Below are positions 42,216 through 52,027 of a DNA stretch of 64,000 nt, one piece after another. Position numbers and translations under genes: made by a program. Source of the stretch: Candidatus Hydrogenedentota bacterium (lineage in GTDB: Bacteria; Hydrogenedentota; Hydrogenedentia; Hydrogenedentales; SLHB01). The notes under the pieces were generated by a model that searched no databases, was not told where the DNA came from, and saw only the letters and a list, made by a program, of their open reading frames with translations. The stretch spans positions 10,653 through 74,652 of the forward strand of contig BTVY01000037.1 of the NCBI GenBank assembly GCA_045863335.1. Direction: 5' to 3'. Numbering within the stretch: position 1 is the stretch's first letter; each line of letters opens with the position of its first letter.

Positions 42216-42783
42216 GTCCACCTCAGTTTCTTGACATCCCTATGGGCTCCGCTGCGCCCACCGGTCTGGCAAGATTATCCCACATAGGCGAGAAAACGAT
42301 TCGGACCGCATACGCTATCACGCGTGGAACGATGCAAACGCGCTTCCCATCCGCCGGCTGCGCGTTCGTACTTGGCGCGCCGCCTACCCCTGATGCCACT
42401 ATACCCAAAGTTCAACCGTTGCCGAAAAAACCCAATCCTCGGGAAGTTGCCGGCCCGGCGTGATTCCTCCAAGTGTACTCCGCTTCCTCGCCGTAATCAA
42501 TGAAACGATCCGTCGACACCGCAAACAGTGCGTAACTTCTGTCCTCTGTCGGACTTGCCCGTTCCATGCGAATCTCGCGCGCCGACGTTAACGAATTTGC
42601 TTGCAAATCGGTGTCAAATCCCGCAGTATCAAGCTTGGATTTCTCACCAGTTGGCCCGCATGTTTTCTCGGGAGCATTTCGCAGCGTCTCCCGGGACATC
42701 GAGATTTCGACGAGACCCATTCGGGCGGTGAGCAATGCGGACGAGACGCTACCGCGAGAACGCAAGGATTAGGGGATTCGCTT

Positions 42784-44991
42784 ATGAGCATCGAGCAACA
42801 CGCCGAACGACGCAACTGGGCTTTTGAAGCCTTGGACTCACTTCAACACTTCACGGACGATCCCGACTTCGAGGGAATGGTCGACCACGAGCTTGCCGGA
42901 ATCGAGGGGAAACGCACCGAACTGCGCGACGGTAAATACCGCGTCGTGTTCTTGGGCGCGTTTAACGTGGGCAAGTCCACCATGATCAACGCGTTGCTTG
43001 GCGATGAGTACCTGCCCACGGTACTCGAAGAATGCACGACCAAGATTACGCACGTCATGCGCGGCGAACGCATGCGCGCCGCGCTCCGCCTTCACACGCC
43101 ATGCAGCGACGAGGAAGTGGCGGGCCTGCGCGATCTGCTCGCAGCCTTCGGCATCGGCGCGGAAGTTGCCTGTAGCGACGGGCATGACGAGTTGGCGCTC
43201 GAGTACGAAGAGTGTAACCCCCGCGCCCTGCTGAACACGCTCCGCGCCCTTGTCACCATGAACGCAACCGACGACTTCCCCCAGCTCGATTCGTTACGGC
43301 ACAAGTTCGACGAATTGATCGTGCAGTTGCCCAACGACAACATCGCGGAAGATATCGCCCTCGTCGATTCGCCGGGCGCCCATACCATTTCCGATACCAG
43401 CACGCGGATCACCCAGGACATCATTCCCAATTGCCATCTCGTGATCTGCCTCCTCGACAGCCAGAACGCGGGGAACGAGCAAAACCGCGAGTTCATCGAA
43501 GGGGTCGTGAAGCACAAGCACCGCAAAGTGTTTTTCGTGCTGAACAAGTCCGATCAACTCAGCCCGCACGAAATCGATCCCATGGGACGGCGCGGTCCGG
43601 CGAAGGATTTGATCCGAAGCCTTCAGGGCATCGTGCAGAATCCCGAGATTTTCTTTATCTCCAGCCTCTACGCGCTGGTCGCCACGCACCTCGAGGCGGA
43701 ACACGTCGGACTCGAGGAAGTGGACAAGAACGCGAAGATTCGGATTCCCTACCAGGTGCGGCGCGCCATCGATGACTCCGAGAATCCGTCGCAGGACGCC
43801 GCGCAGTACTTGATGGAGCGGAGCAATTTCAATGCGTTGCAGGACCGCCTGCTCGACTATCTGTACACGGAGAACCGGGAAGGCGCGATCGTGGAATCGA
43901 TCTGCAGCTTTATCGACGCCACGGCCTACCGCTACGCGCGGCCGCTGGAAACAAAGCTGGAACTGACCCGCAACGTTCCGCGGCTTGACGACCTGCGCCG
44001 TCATCGCGAGCAGTTGTCGCTCACCTTGCAGCGCTACAAGGCGCAGGGACAGCGCGTGCTCGACGAGTTCGATACCATGTCGAACGGCGGCAACCTCGGC
44101 GGCACGGACTTCCCCGGGTACAAGACGATCGTCGAGAACCACATGACCAAGGACGCCATCGAAGGCGCCATCTTGAAGCCCTTGCGCGATTGGTTGAACG
44201 CCGGCGAGAACATGAAGAACGCCAAGAAGGAAGACTTCCAACCGCTCACGAAGGAGCTGGAATCAAGAATCGACGCCTACATCACTTCGCTGCAGCAAAA
44301 GGTGAACGCGGAAGTGGAGGAGGTCGAAGGACGCGCGCGCGCGCGGGCGGCGCAGATCGTACCGGACGCGGCGAATGTCACCGGTCGCGGCTCCATCGAT
44401 GCGACACGCGCCAGCATCGTCGCGGTTGATGCCGGCATGGGAAGCTCCTACGCGCTGTTCGGCTTCATCGGACTCGTGCTCGGCGCAGGCGCGGGCGCGG
44501 GGCTCGGCTACGCCGCGCTGCAGAGTCCGCCTATCGTCGACATGGTGACGACCTCCCTTCCCGAAGTGCCGGTCACGTTGCAAACGTTCCTAGCGGCGGG
44601 TGTCGTCGCGGGCGCGGTACTCGGGTTGATTCTTGGTCTCATTGCCCGCACCTTCGGCAGCAACGAAGCGCGCAAGGCAAAATTGAACCAGCGTATCGGC
44701 GAACGCGTCGAAGCGGTATTGCAGAAAGCCACGAAAGAACAATTGACCCAGGCGCTGGACAATCGCCGCGGTACCTTCCGCCTCGCGCTTCAAGGCGCCT
44801 TCGACAAGGCAACCGCGGGTCTTAACGAGCAAATCAGCAAGATCCTCGCGGAAGAGGAAGCGATCAAGAAAGAACAGGAAGCGATCATCGCGCGGCTGGA
44901 GCCGAAGATTAATTCGCTTCATGAACTCGGTGACAAGGCACGGGAGATTGTCTCGGTTGGGCTTTCCAAAAAAGACGCCGAGGTCGCATAG
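42784..44991 (+). CDS. Bacterial dynamin-like GTPase with two hydrophobic membrane segments
   Basis: G1 GAFNVGKST, G2 ECTT, G3 DSPG, G4 NKSD; helical stalk; two Gly-rich TM-like segments. Confidence 0.88.
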   Translation: MSIEQHAERRNWAFEALDSLQHFTDDPDFEGMVDHELAGIEGKRTELRDGKYRVVFLGAFNVGKSTMINALLGDEYLPTVLEECTTKITHVMRGERMRAALRLHTPCSDEEVAGLRDLLAAFGIGAEVACSDGHDELALEYEECNPRALLNTLRALVTMNATDDFPQLDSLRHKFDELIVQLPNDNIAEDIALVDSPGAHTISDTSTRITQDIIPNCHLVICLLDSQNAGNEQNREFIEGVVKHKHRKVFFVLNKSDQLSPHEIDPMGRRGPAKDLIRSLQGIVQNPEIFFISSLYALVATHLEAEHVGLEEVDKNAKIRIPYQVRRAIDDSENPSQDAAQYLMERSNFNALQDRLLDYLYTENREGAIVESICSFIDATAYRYARPLETKLELTRNVPRLDDLRRHREQLSLTLQRYKAQGQRVLDEFDTMSNGGNLGGTDFPGYKTIVENHMTKDAIEGAILKPLRDWLNAGENMKNAKKEDFQPLTKELESRIDAYITSLQQKVNAEVEEVEGRARARAAQIVPDAANVTGRGSIDATRASIVAVDAGMGSSYALFGFIGLVLGAGAGAGLGYAALQSPPIVDMVTTSLPEVPVTLQTFLAAGVVAGAVLGLILGLIARTFGSNEARKAKLNQRIGERVEAVLQKATKEQLTQALDNRRGTFRLALQGAFDKATAGLNEQISKILAEEEAIKKEQEAIIARLEPKINSLHELGDKAREIVSVGLSKKDAEVA

Positions 44992-45036
44992 CGATTGCAC
45001 AACGATTGACTTGCGAAAGCAGGTGAATGAATACTA

Positions 45037-45069
45037 GATGCCGAGGGTGCGCAAATCACCCTCGGCATC
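45037..45069 (+). terminator. 13-bp stem-loop downstream of the dynamin gene
   Basis: GATGCCGAGGGTG-CGCAAAT-CACCCTCGGCATC; no clear U-tract. Confidence 0.45.
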
Positions 45070-45335
45070 GCATGTATTGGTGCAACGACCCCCAAGTCAC
45101 GATACGAATCAACTCTGGGAGACTCGAGTGTTAAGTGTCCTTGCCTTGTATCTCGCCAAAGCGCAGCCGCGGGCTCGTCGTACTTGCGGTCTTGGTTATT
45201 GAAATCTGAGATTTCAAATTTGATATTTTTGTGCTTCTGAACTCGGAATTACACGCCGCCGCATTGACCGTGGATTGCACACAACAGCGGCGTTCTTTCC
45301 CATAATTCAGCCCATGAATCGGAGTAATTCTAACT

Positions 45336-46319
45336 GTGCCAAAACGAATTCAAGTCATCGGTGCCGGAAGCTGGGGATTGGCGTTGACGCGTCTGCTCGC
45401 GCTGAACGGACACCAGGTGCGCCTCTGGTGCCGTGAGGAAGACAAACCGGACGAGTTACGCTCCACGCGCAAGAGTCCGTTCTTCCTCCGCGATATGCGC
45501 TTACCCGACGAGGTGGAAGTCTCCATGGAGATCGATAGCGGCGCGGAGATCGCTGTCCTCGCCGTCCCTTCCCACGCCATGCGCCCGGTGCTGCGCGAGT
45601 TCTCCTTATCCAAAGACACCATTCGAGTCAGCGTCGCGAAAGGAATCGAGAACGAAACGCTGCGGTGCATGCACGAAGTGATCGCGGAAGAATCCGGACC
45701 CGGCCCCGTCCTCGCCCTGTCCGGGCCGAGCCACGCGGAAGAAGTCTCGCGCGACCTGCCCGCGTCCGTCGTCGTCGCAGGTATGGACGCAGCGGCATGT
45801 GAAGCCGCGCAGGCCGCGTTCATCTCCGACATGTTCCGAGTCTACACAAGTAACGATATCGTCGGCGTGGAACTCGGCGGCGCGCTCAAAAACGTTATCG
45901 CCATCGCCGCGGGCGCCTGCGACGGCTTCGGACTCGGCGACAATGCGAAAGCTGCCCTCATCACCCGCGGTCTCGCCGAAATGGCCCGTCTCGGCGTCGC
46001 CATGGGCGCCGATCCCCTCACCTTCGCCGGCCTCAGCGGCATGGGCGACCTCATCGTCACCTGCGAAAGCCAACACTCCCGCAACCGCAACGTCGGCGAA
46101 AAGATCGCCCAAGGCATGACCCTCAACGACATCCTCGCCTCCTCCCCCATGGTCGCCGAAGGCGTCCGCACCGCCAAATCCGCCGTCGCCCTCGCGCAAA
46201 AACACGGCGTCGAACTTCCCATCACCCGTGAGGTCTACCGCGTCCTCTACGAAAACGCCAACCCCCGCGAAGTCGTCGCCAACCTCATGCAACGCGAGGC
46301 CAAACCCGAACGGGTGTGA
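45336..46319 (+). CDS. gpsA: NAD(P)H-dependent glycerol-3-phosphate dehydrogenase
   Basis: GAGSWG, LSGPSHAEEV, GGALKNVIAIAAG, GDLIVTC, SRNR, VAEGV. Confidence 0.96.
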   Translation: MPKRIQVIGAGSWGLALTRLLALNGHQVRLWCREEDKPDELRSTRKSPFFLRDMRLPDEVEVSMEIDSGAEIAVLAVPSHAMRPVLREFSLSKDTIRVSVAKGIENETLRCMHEVIAEESGPGPVLALSGPSHAEEVSRDLPASVVVAGMDAAACEAAQAAFISDMFRVYTSNDIVGVELGGALKNVIAIAAGACDGFGLGDNAKAALITRGLAEMARLGVAMGADPLTFAGLSGMGDLIVTCESQHSRNRNVGEKIAQGMTLNDILASSPMVAEGVRTAKSAVALAQKHGVELPITREVYRVLYENANPREVVANLMQREAKPERV

Positions 46320-46365
46320 CGTCGCACGCCAGAAATGTCGGGAGGTGCGGATCCGACTCCCGGCC

Positions 46366-49300
46366 TCAGGTGTCGCGTTTCTTCGGACGTGGTTTGGCAG
46401 GCTTCTTCTTCGCCACGGTTTTCGATTTAGGTTTGGATTGGGCCTTGGCCTTTGCCTTTGCCGCGGTACGGGCCTTTGGTTCCGGAATCCGTGAGGTCGC
46501 CGGCTGTCCTTCACTTTCGAGGAGCGCGTCGACACGGTAACCTGCATTCTCCGCGTCGTGTTGCAGCGTGAGCGCGCGCTGAAGTCCCGATTGCACGGCC
46601 GCCGCGCGATCGGCAGGACCCTGCCGCGTGTCGCCCAACTGCGCGATGGCCCGAATCAAAGTCAGTCGACCGACCAACGTCTCGAACTGCTCCCGATTGA
46701 AGTATTCAACGCCCTCGTACTCGTTCACCTGGAGAAACTCGCGCACGACTCCCGATGCGAAGAGCTTGCGCAGCGACAGGTCTTGGGTGCCGGCGGTGTG
46801 GCCCAGTTGCATCGCGAGAGCGATATTCAACAGCCGCAAATCCTGCCACGCGGCCCAGCCGTCGCCATCCATTTCATGAAAGACCGCTTCCAGTTCGAGA
46901 TTGAACAACCAACGGTCGAGCCAGTCGGGATATCCTTCGGAATCCATGACCTCCCCGACAGGCGCCAGGAGCGCGTAGGCCATCGGAAGCCGCCAGAACC
47001 GCGCCGCCTCCTCCTCGTTCACTCCGATCCGGCCCAGCAGGTAGGTGTCTGCTTCCGGAGAAACGGGCGCGTCGTTCAACCGGCTTTCGAATAACTGCAC
47101 GTTATGGACCGCGCCGCGTATGGCATCTTCGATCGCGGTGCGATCGAAGGCTACGCCGGCGCGATTGCCGAGGTCGTCCAAGAACCGGACTAACTCCTCA
47201 TGCCAATCCGCGCGCACGCGTTTGGCGCCGGTTTCGAGCGCGGCATCCAACTGCAGCGCTTCCACACTTGCGAACCGGCGGAACGCGTCCAGCAAGGTCG
47301 CCAGTTCCAACCGCCGTTGTTCGATGAAGATGTTCGGTACACCGCCGCCGTCCATCCGTCGCGCGACTTCCGCCCAGGTGCCGTCCTCATCGACGACCTC
47401 CTGGAAATCGAGAAACACGTGGTATTGATAGGCGTGCAACCGGACGTAGATGCCATCGTCGCAAAGTTGGCGACCCGAACGGATGTACTGAAGGTTGTCC
47501 CGGTGGTCCCGGAAGACATAGAAAACGTTGTCGTCGCCGCGCAGCGCCAGTGAATCCGCGAGGGACTTCCGGACCTGCGTGCCTTCGTCGCCACGTCCGG
47601 TGTTCAGCGGGGTGGATTCGCGAATCCAACCTTCGGTCGTGTTGTAGGCATTGTTGTAGAGCACAATGCCGCGCTCGCCGCCGGAACGGTTCGAGTAGGC
47701 GAACACATTTTCATCCACGTGACCATGGGGCGTATGGAAATCGTAGAAGGCAAAGTTCTCCACGCCACTGAAGAGATAGCGGCGGCGCATGAGGGGAAAG
47801 ATCTCCCGCTCGTGGCGGCGCACCATGTCCGTGTCTACATGTTCGTCCCAATACGCGCGGCGGTATTCCATGCCGTACTTTTCGGTAAAGCCTTCGATTT
47901 GGCCGTGACCGAACATGGGCAGGCCCGGCATGGTCACCATCAGCAGCGCGACGCCGTAGTACTTGTCGCCCTTGCCGAACTGCTCCACGGCGGTTCGTTC
48001 GTCCGGGTTGTTCATGAAGTTCACGAACCGCTTCAAGATTTCGGGGCTGAATTCGAGGACGTTCCGGACGGTCGACCGGTAGTCCGCGTTGTCCTCCATC
48101 TTGAGCATATTCATGAAGGCACTGTTGTAGACGCGGTGCATGCCGAGCGTGCGGACGAAATACCCCTCCATCAACCAGAATGCCTCCGCCAGCAGCAGCG
48201 TGTCAGGCACTTCCTGCGCCACTCGATCCACCACTTCCCGCCAGAATTCCTCGGGCACCAGCCGATCGAAATCCTCCCGCGACATACCGTGCTCCGCGCG
48301 TGACGGGATGGCGCCCGCGTCTCCGGGTTTGGGAAACCAGAGGCGCTGGAAGTGTTTCTTGGCGAGCGTCATGGCCGCGTCGAAACGGATGATCGAGAAC
48401 TTGCGGGCCACGTGAAGAATCGTCTGAATGACCGCTTCCCGCACCTCCGGCATGAGATAGTTCAACTGGGCCGTATCGTTCCACGGCATGCTGGTGCCGT
48501 CGTTGCCGTGATAAATGTACTTCGTGTCGCCGGACCAGTGGTCGACGCGCTTGAACACCACCGCGGCGTCGCTGTGGTTCCAGTAGCCGTCCTCGATGTA
48601 GATGCCGACCCGGTCGTCGTAGGATAAGTTCTTCCCCGAGTAGTTGTACGCGGGGTATGGAGGATAGTCCAGAGAGAGAAACCAGTTCGGGTGTTCGATC
48701 ACCCACCGCGAATAGATGCCCATGTGATTCGGCACCATGTCGCTGGCTAGACGGATTCCCCGTTGCCGCGCGCGGTCGCGCAGGTTCTGGTACGCCTCTT
48801 CCCCGCCCAGGTCCGCGGCGATGTCGTAGTCGTAAAGGGAATAGGCGGACGATACCGCCTCCGGATTCCCCATGATCCGCTTGATGTCGGCCGAGGCCTG
48901 CGACCGTTCCCATAATCCGATTAGCCAGAGGCCGTTGAAACCCCAACGCGCGAGCCGGTCCAATTCCTCGTCGGGGATGTGGTCGAGGCGGTAGATGTCG
49001 CGCTGATACTTTTTCGACAACTGGTCCAGCCAGACGTAGACCGTTTTCGCGATGAGCACAACATTGGACATCCAGTCCGCGTCCTGCGAAAACCGCTCCG
49101 GTTCAGGGTAGGCATCATGAAGTCCGGCGTACCGCTCGAACCGAAGGACCTCGGACGTGCCCTGGACGAAACCCCGCTGCATCGTCTCTTCGCGCACGAT
49201 GCCTTGGACCAACAGCAGCCGGTTAAGAAGCGACTTCGGGAGCAAATGCGCCCATCGTGTCCGTACAAAATTCAGTTGGTCATCCAACGAATCGGGCGCT

Positions 49301-49968
49301 TCGCGTAGCGGAGCCCGCAGGCATTCGAGCAAGGTGTCATCCAACCCGTCAACGGCCGGTTGCGACGCGAAATACGCATCCAACCCTTCCATCAGTTGCT
49401 TGTGCGGAACCTCGCGCGAAAACTCGGTATCGCGGAACAGCGGGCGAAACGGCCGAAGCGCGCGGTTGCTTCCCGAAAGCCAAAGCAGGATTTCCTCCCG
49501 GATCGCGGCGGAGCGTCTGTCGCGACCTTTCTTTTCCGATGCGAGATACTCGGACTCGGTGGTTTCCGTGACAGCCACGGCGGTAGGCGGGAAATGGTGG
49601 ACAAAAGTCAACGGCGGCGCCTCGACAACGCGATCACCTTTTGACGCGCGGACCGCGGCCAACCCGTCCGGGAGAATGCCCGGAATCTGCTCCCACCAGT
49701 ACCGGTCGATGATGTAGCGGAAGATCTCGTTGAGCAGACCCAAGGTCAGGATCTGACCGGCGGTGATGGAGCGCGTGTCCGGGGAGGCGTCATCGCGTTC
49801 CAGATTGACGCGGTGAACAAACTTCCGGATGGCGCGCAGGTCTTCGGTGTTGGTGTGACCGGGTGGGACGATGTCATGCACCGCGTACCGGTCCCAGGTT
49901 TCGCGCGATAGGTGGAACCCGAAGGGGAAATAGTCGCTCGGTTCGTAGTCGGCATTCAGAATAGGCAT
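46366..49968 (-). CDS. Large GH13 alpha-amylase-family protein with a Lys-rich C-terminal tail
   Basis: DMVPNH (region I), IRFDAAM (II), LLAEAFW (III), FMNNPDE (IV), PGLPMFGHGQ. Confidence 0.9.
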   Translation of the reverse strand: MPILNADYEPSDYFPFGFHLSRETWDRYAVHDIVPPGHTNTEDLRAIRKFVHRVNLERDDASPDTRSITAGQILTLGLLNEIFRYIIDRYWWEQIPGILPDGLAAVRASKGDRVVEAPPLTFVHHFPPTAVAVTETTESEYLASEKKGRDRRSAAIREEILLWLSGSNRALRPFRPLFRDTEFSREVPHKQLMEGLDAYFASQPAVDGLDDTLLECLRAPLREAPDSLDDQLNFVRTRWAHLLPKSLLNRLLLVQGIVREETMQRGFVQGTSEVLRFERYAGLHDAYPEPERFSQDADWMSNVVLIAKTVYVWLDQLSKKYQRDIYRLDHIPDEELDRLARWGFNGLWLIGLWERSQASADIKRIMGNPEAVSSAYSLYDYDIAADLGGEEAYQNLRDRARQRGIRLASDMVPNHMGIYSRWVIEHPNWFLSLDYPPYPAYNYSGKNLSYDDRVGIYIEDGYWNHSDAAVVFKRVDHWSGDTKYIYHGNDGTSMPWNDTAQLNYLMPEVREAVIQTILHVARKFSIIRFDAAMTLAKKHFQRLWFPKPGDAGAIPSRAEHGMSREDFDRLVPEEFWREVVDRVAQEVPDTLLLAEAFWLMEGYFVRTLGMHRVYNSAFMNMLKMEDNADYRSTVRNVLEFSPEILKRFVNFMNNPDERTAVEQFGKGDKYYGVALLMVTMPGLPMFGHGQIEGFTEKYGMEYRRAYWDEHVDTDMVRRHEREIFPLMRRRYLFSGVENFAFYDFHTPHGHVDENVFAYSNRSGGERGIVLYNNAYNTTEGWIRESTPLNTGRGDEGTQVRKSLADSLALRGDDNVFYVFRDHRDNLQYIRSGRQLCDDGIYVRLHAYQYHVFLDFQEVVDEDGTWAEVARRMDGGGVPNIFIEQRRLELATLLDAFRRFASVEALQLDAALETGAKRVRADWHEELVRFLDDLGNRAGVAFDRTAIEDAIRGAVHNVQLFESRLNDAPVSPEADTYLLGRIGVNEEEAARFWRLPMAYALLAPVGEVMDSEGYPDWLDRWLFNLELEAVFHEMDGDGWAAWQDLRLLNIALAMQLGHTAGTQDLSLRKLFASGVVREFLQVNEYEGVEYFNREQFETLVGRLTLIRAIAQLGDTRQGPADRAAAVQSGLQRALTLQHDAENAGYRVDALLESEGQPATSRIPEPKARTAAKAKAKAQSKPKSKTVAKKKPAKPRPKKRDT

Positions 49969-50219
49969 GGCAATTCCTGACGTCTTCGTGCGTCTCGATT
50001 GTCTTGTACAAAACGCCCTGTCACATGATGATACGGCTGTGAAAGGTGCTCGGCAGGGCCGCGGCCTGTCCACGAAACCGCGTCGTAGTACGCTTTTGCG
50101 TGATCTCTAGCATATACTATTCACCCTTGGCGGTACCAACGGGGCCATTTCGGTATCTAAACCTGCCACGGCCAAGACGATATGAATGAGAATAGGCAAC
50201 CGGTTCAAAACAGGAACAT

Positions 50220-51413
50220 ATGAACGCAGAAATCGTGATGATCGGTACCGAGCTGCTCTTGGGACAGATTGTGGATACCAACGCTGCCCACATCGGCCGC
50301 ACGCTCGGCGAGAACGGCATCAGCCTCTACCAGAAAACGACGGTCGGTGATAATCGGCAACGGATCGTTCGCGTGCTGGAGTCTGCGCTGGAGCGGGCCG
50401 ACGTGATTATTACTTCCGGGGGCTTGGGGCCCACCGAAGATGACCTTACGCGCGAGGCGGTGGCGGACGTGTTCGGGCGGAAGCTGGAGTATAGGCAGGA
50501 GTTGTTCGATGAACTCGTCGCCCGGTTCGCCTCCGTAAAACGTCCCATTACCGAGAATAATAAGAAGCAAGCCACGGCGCTGGAGGGGGCGGAGATTATC
50601 CCCAACCCCAACGGCACCGCGCCCGGTATCATCTGCGGCGACAGCCGGGGCGAGGTGATTTGCCTGCCCGGCGTGCCCCTCGAGTTGTACGCCATGCTTG
50701 AGGAATCGGTCCTCCCCTACCTTCGGCGGCGCTACGGCCTCAAGGCCGGCCTCTACCACCGCGTGTTGAAAGTCTGCGGCGTCGGCGAATCCTGGGTGGA
50801 CTCCCGCATGGGGGATCTGATGGCAAGCCTCGAAAACCCGACGATCGGCGTCCTCGCCTCTCCGGAATGGGTGCGCATCCGCATTACGGCCCGCGCGGAG
50901 TCCGAGGAGGAAGCGCGGGAACTACTGGAACCCGTCGAGCAGGCCGTTCGTGAACGGCTGCCGGGCCTCGTCATGGGCACGGGCGACGACACGCTGGAGG
51001 GTGTTGTGGACGGGCTCCTGCAACAGCGAGGTTGGACCCTCGCCGTGGCCGAGACCTTCACGGGCGGCATGATCGCTCAGCGATTGACCGCCGCCGGAGC
51101 CCGCGCGTTCGCCGGCAGCACCGTATTCGCCTGCTCCGGCGCCACGGGCCGGGGCATGGACGAGCGTGCACGGGATCAGGCCGAGGCTGTTCGCGTTCAG
51201 TTTCACGCCACCTGCGGCCTGGGGATCGCGGCCGACCCGGAGTCTCGCGCCCTCGCCGGCGAGTTCGTCACGCCCGACGGCCGCCACACGTGGACATCCC
51301 ACTACCGCGACCTCGATCCCTTGAACCAACTTCGCGCCGCGACCATCTTCATGGAACGCGTACGCCGCGTCCTGGCGGACGTCGACACCGAACACCAGGA
51401 CGCGAAGGTCTAG
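50220..51413 (+). CDS. cinA: CinA family competence/damage-inducible protein
   Basis: IGTELLLGQIVDTN, GGLGPTEDDLTRE, LPGVP, AVAETFTGG. The C-terminal PncC-like domain looks divergent. Confidence 0.9.
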   Translation: MNAEIVMIGTELLLGQIVDTNAAHIGRTLGENGISLYQKTTVGDNRQRIVRVLESALERADVIITSGGLGPTEDDLTREAVADVFGRKLEYRQELFDELVARFASVKRPITENNKKQATALEGAEIIPNPNGTAPGIICGDSRGEVICLPGVPLELYAMLEESVLPYLRRRYGLKAGLYHRVLKVCGVGESWVDSRMGDLMASLENPTIGVLASPEWVRIRITARAESEEEARELLEPVEQAVRERLPGLVMGTGDDTLEGVVDGLLQQRGWTLAVAETFTGGMIAQRLTAAGARAFAGSTVFACSGATGRGMDERARDQAEAVRVQFHATCGLGIAADPESRALAGEFVTPDGRHTWTSHYRDLDPLNQLRAATIFMERVRRVLADVDTEHQDAKV

Positions 51414-51582
51414 CGGGACCCCGCCCGGCTCACCATCCGGGTCCCGGCTCCCCTCCCCCGTCCCCGGGTTGATTCGGAGCTGGAGATTCGGTATTCTTCC
51501 CCGGATGGCGCGGAAGGGTGCAACGATTACCTCCCCCCGAGAGCTTCCCGCCTCCCGTCCTTGAGAGAAGGAGAACATAACG

Positions 51583-51954
51583 ATGTTCGAAGTACTCGCG
51601 CTGATGCTTCTCTCGCATCAGCCGCTGCAACCCGTGGTGCAGGGCGAAGCCTCGTACTACACCGTGGCTAGCAGCAGTCAAACTACCGCATCCGGTGAAA
51701 TCCTTGATGACAATGGGTTTACGTGCGCGATGACCGATGGTGAATTTGGCAATTACTACCTGGTTGTCGCCGACAATGGCCGATCCGTCATCTGCAAGTT
51801 GAACGACCGGGGCCCCTACGTGGGCGACCGGGTGATCGACCTGTCGAAAGCCGCCATGCGGGCCATAAGTCCAAATGCAGGAACGGTTAACGTATCCGTG
51901 TACGGACTTGGGCAGAGCATTCCGCCACAACTCATCCGACGTCCCGAAAGTTAG
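51583..51954 (+). CDS. RlpA-like double-psi beta-barrel protein
   Basis: GEASYY, TASGE, NDRGPY, RVIDLS; AAGGAG RBS. Confidence 0.85.
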   Translation: MFEVLALMLLSHQPLQPVVQGEASYYTVASSSQTTASGEILDDNGFTCAMTDGEFGNYYLVVADNGRSVICKLNDRGPYVGDRVIDLSKAAMRAISPNAGTVNVSVYGLGQSIPPQLIRRPES

Positions 51955-51973
51955 CGCAATTCAGGAATGCCGC

Positions 51974-52010
51974 AATCGGGGCTTCCCACTGGGGAAGCCC
52001 CGATTTTCCT
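51974..52010 (+). terminator. Intrinsic terminator, probably bidirectional
   Basis: 14-bp perfect stem AATCGGGGCTTCCC-ACTG-GGGAAGCCCCGATT with a short T-run, between convergent genes. Confidence 0.8.
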
Positions 52011-52027
52011 GTGTTGCCCGTCGAGCC

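Noticed and set aside
51414-51582. c-di-AMP (ydaO) or other riboswitch upstream of the rlpA-like gene
   Set aside because: GC-rich hairpins are present but I could not match the conserved riboswitch motifs; an Rfam scan would be needed.
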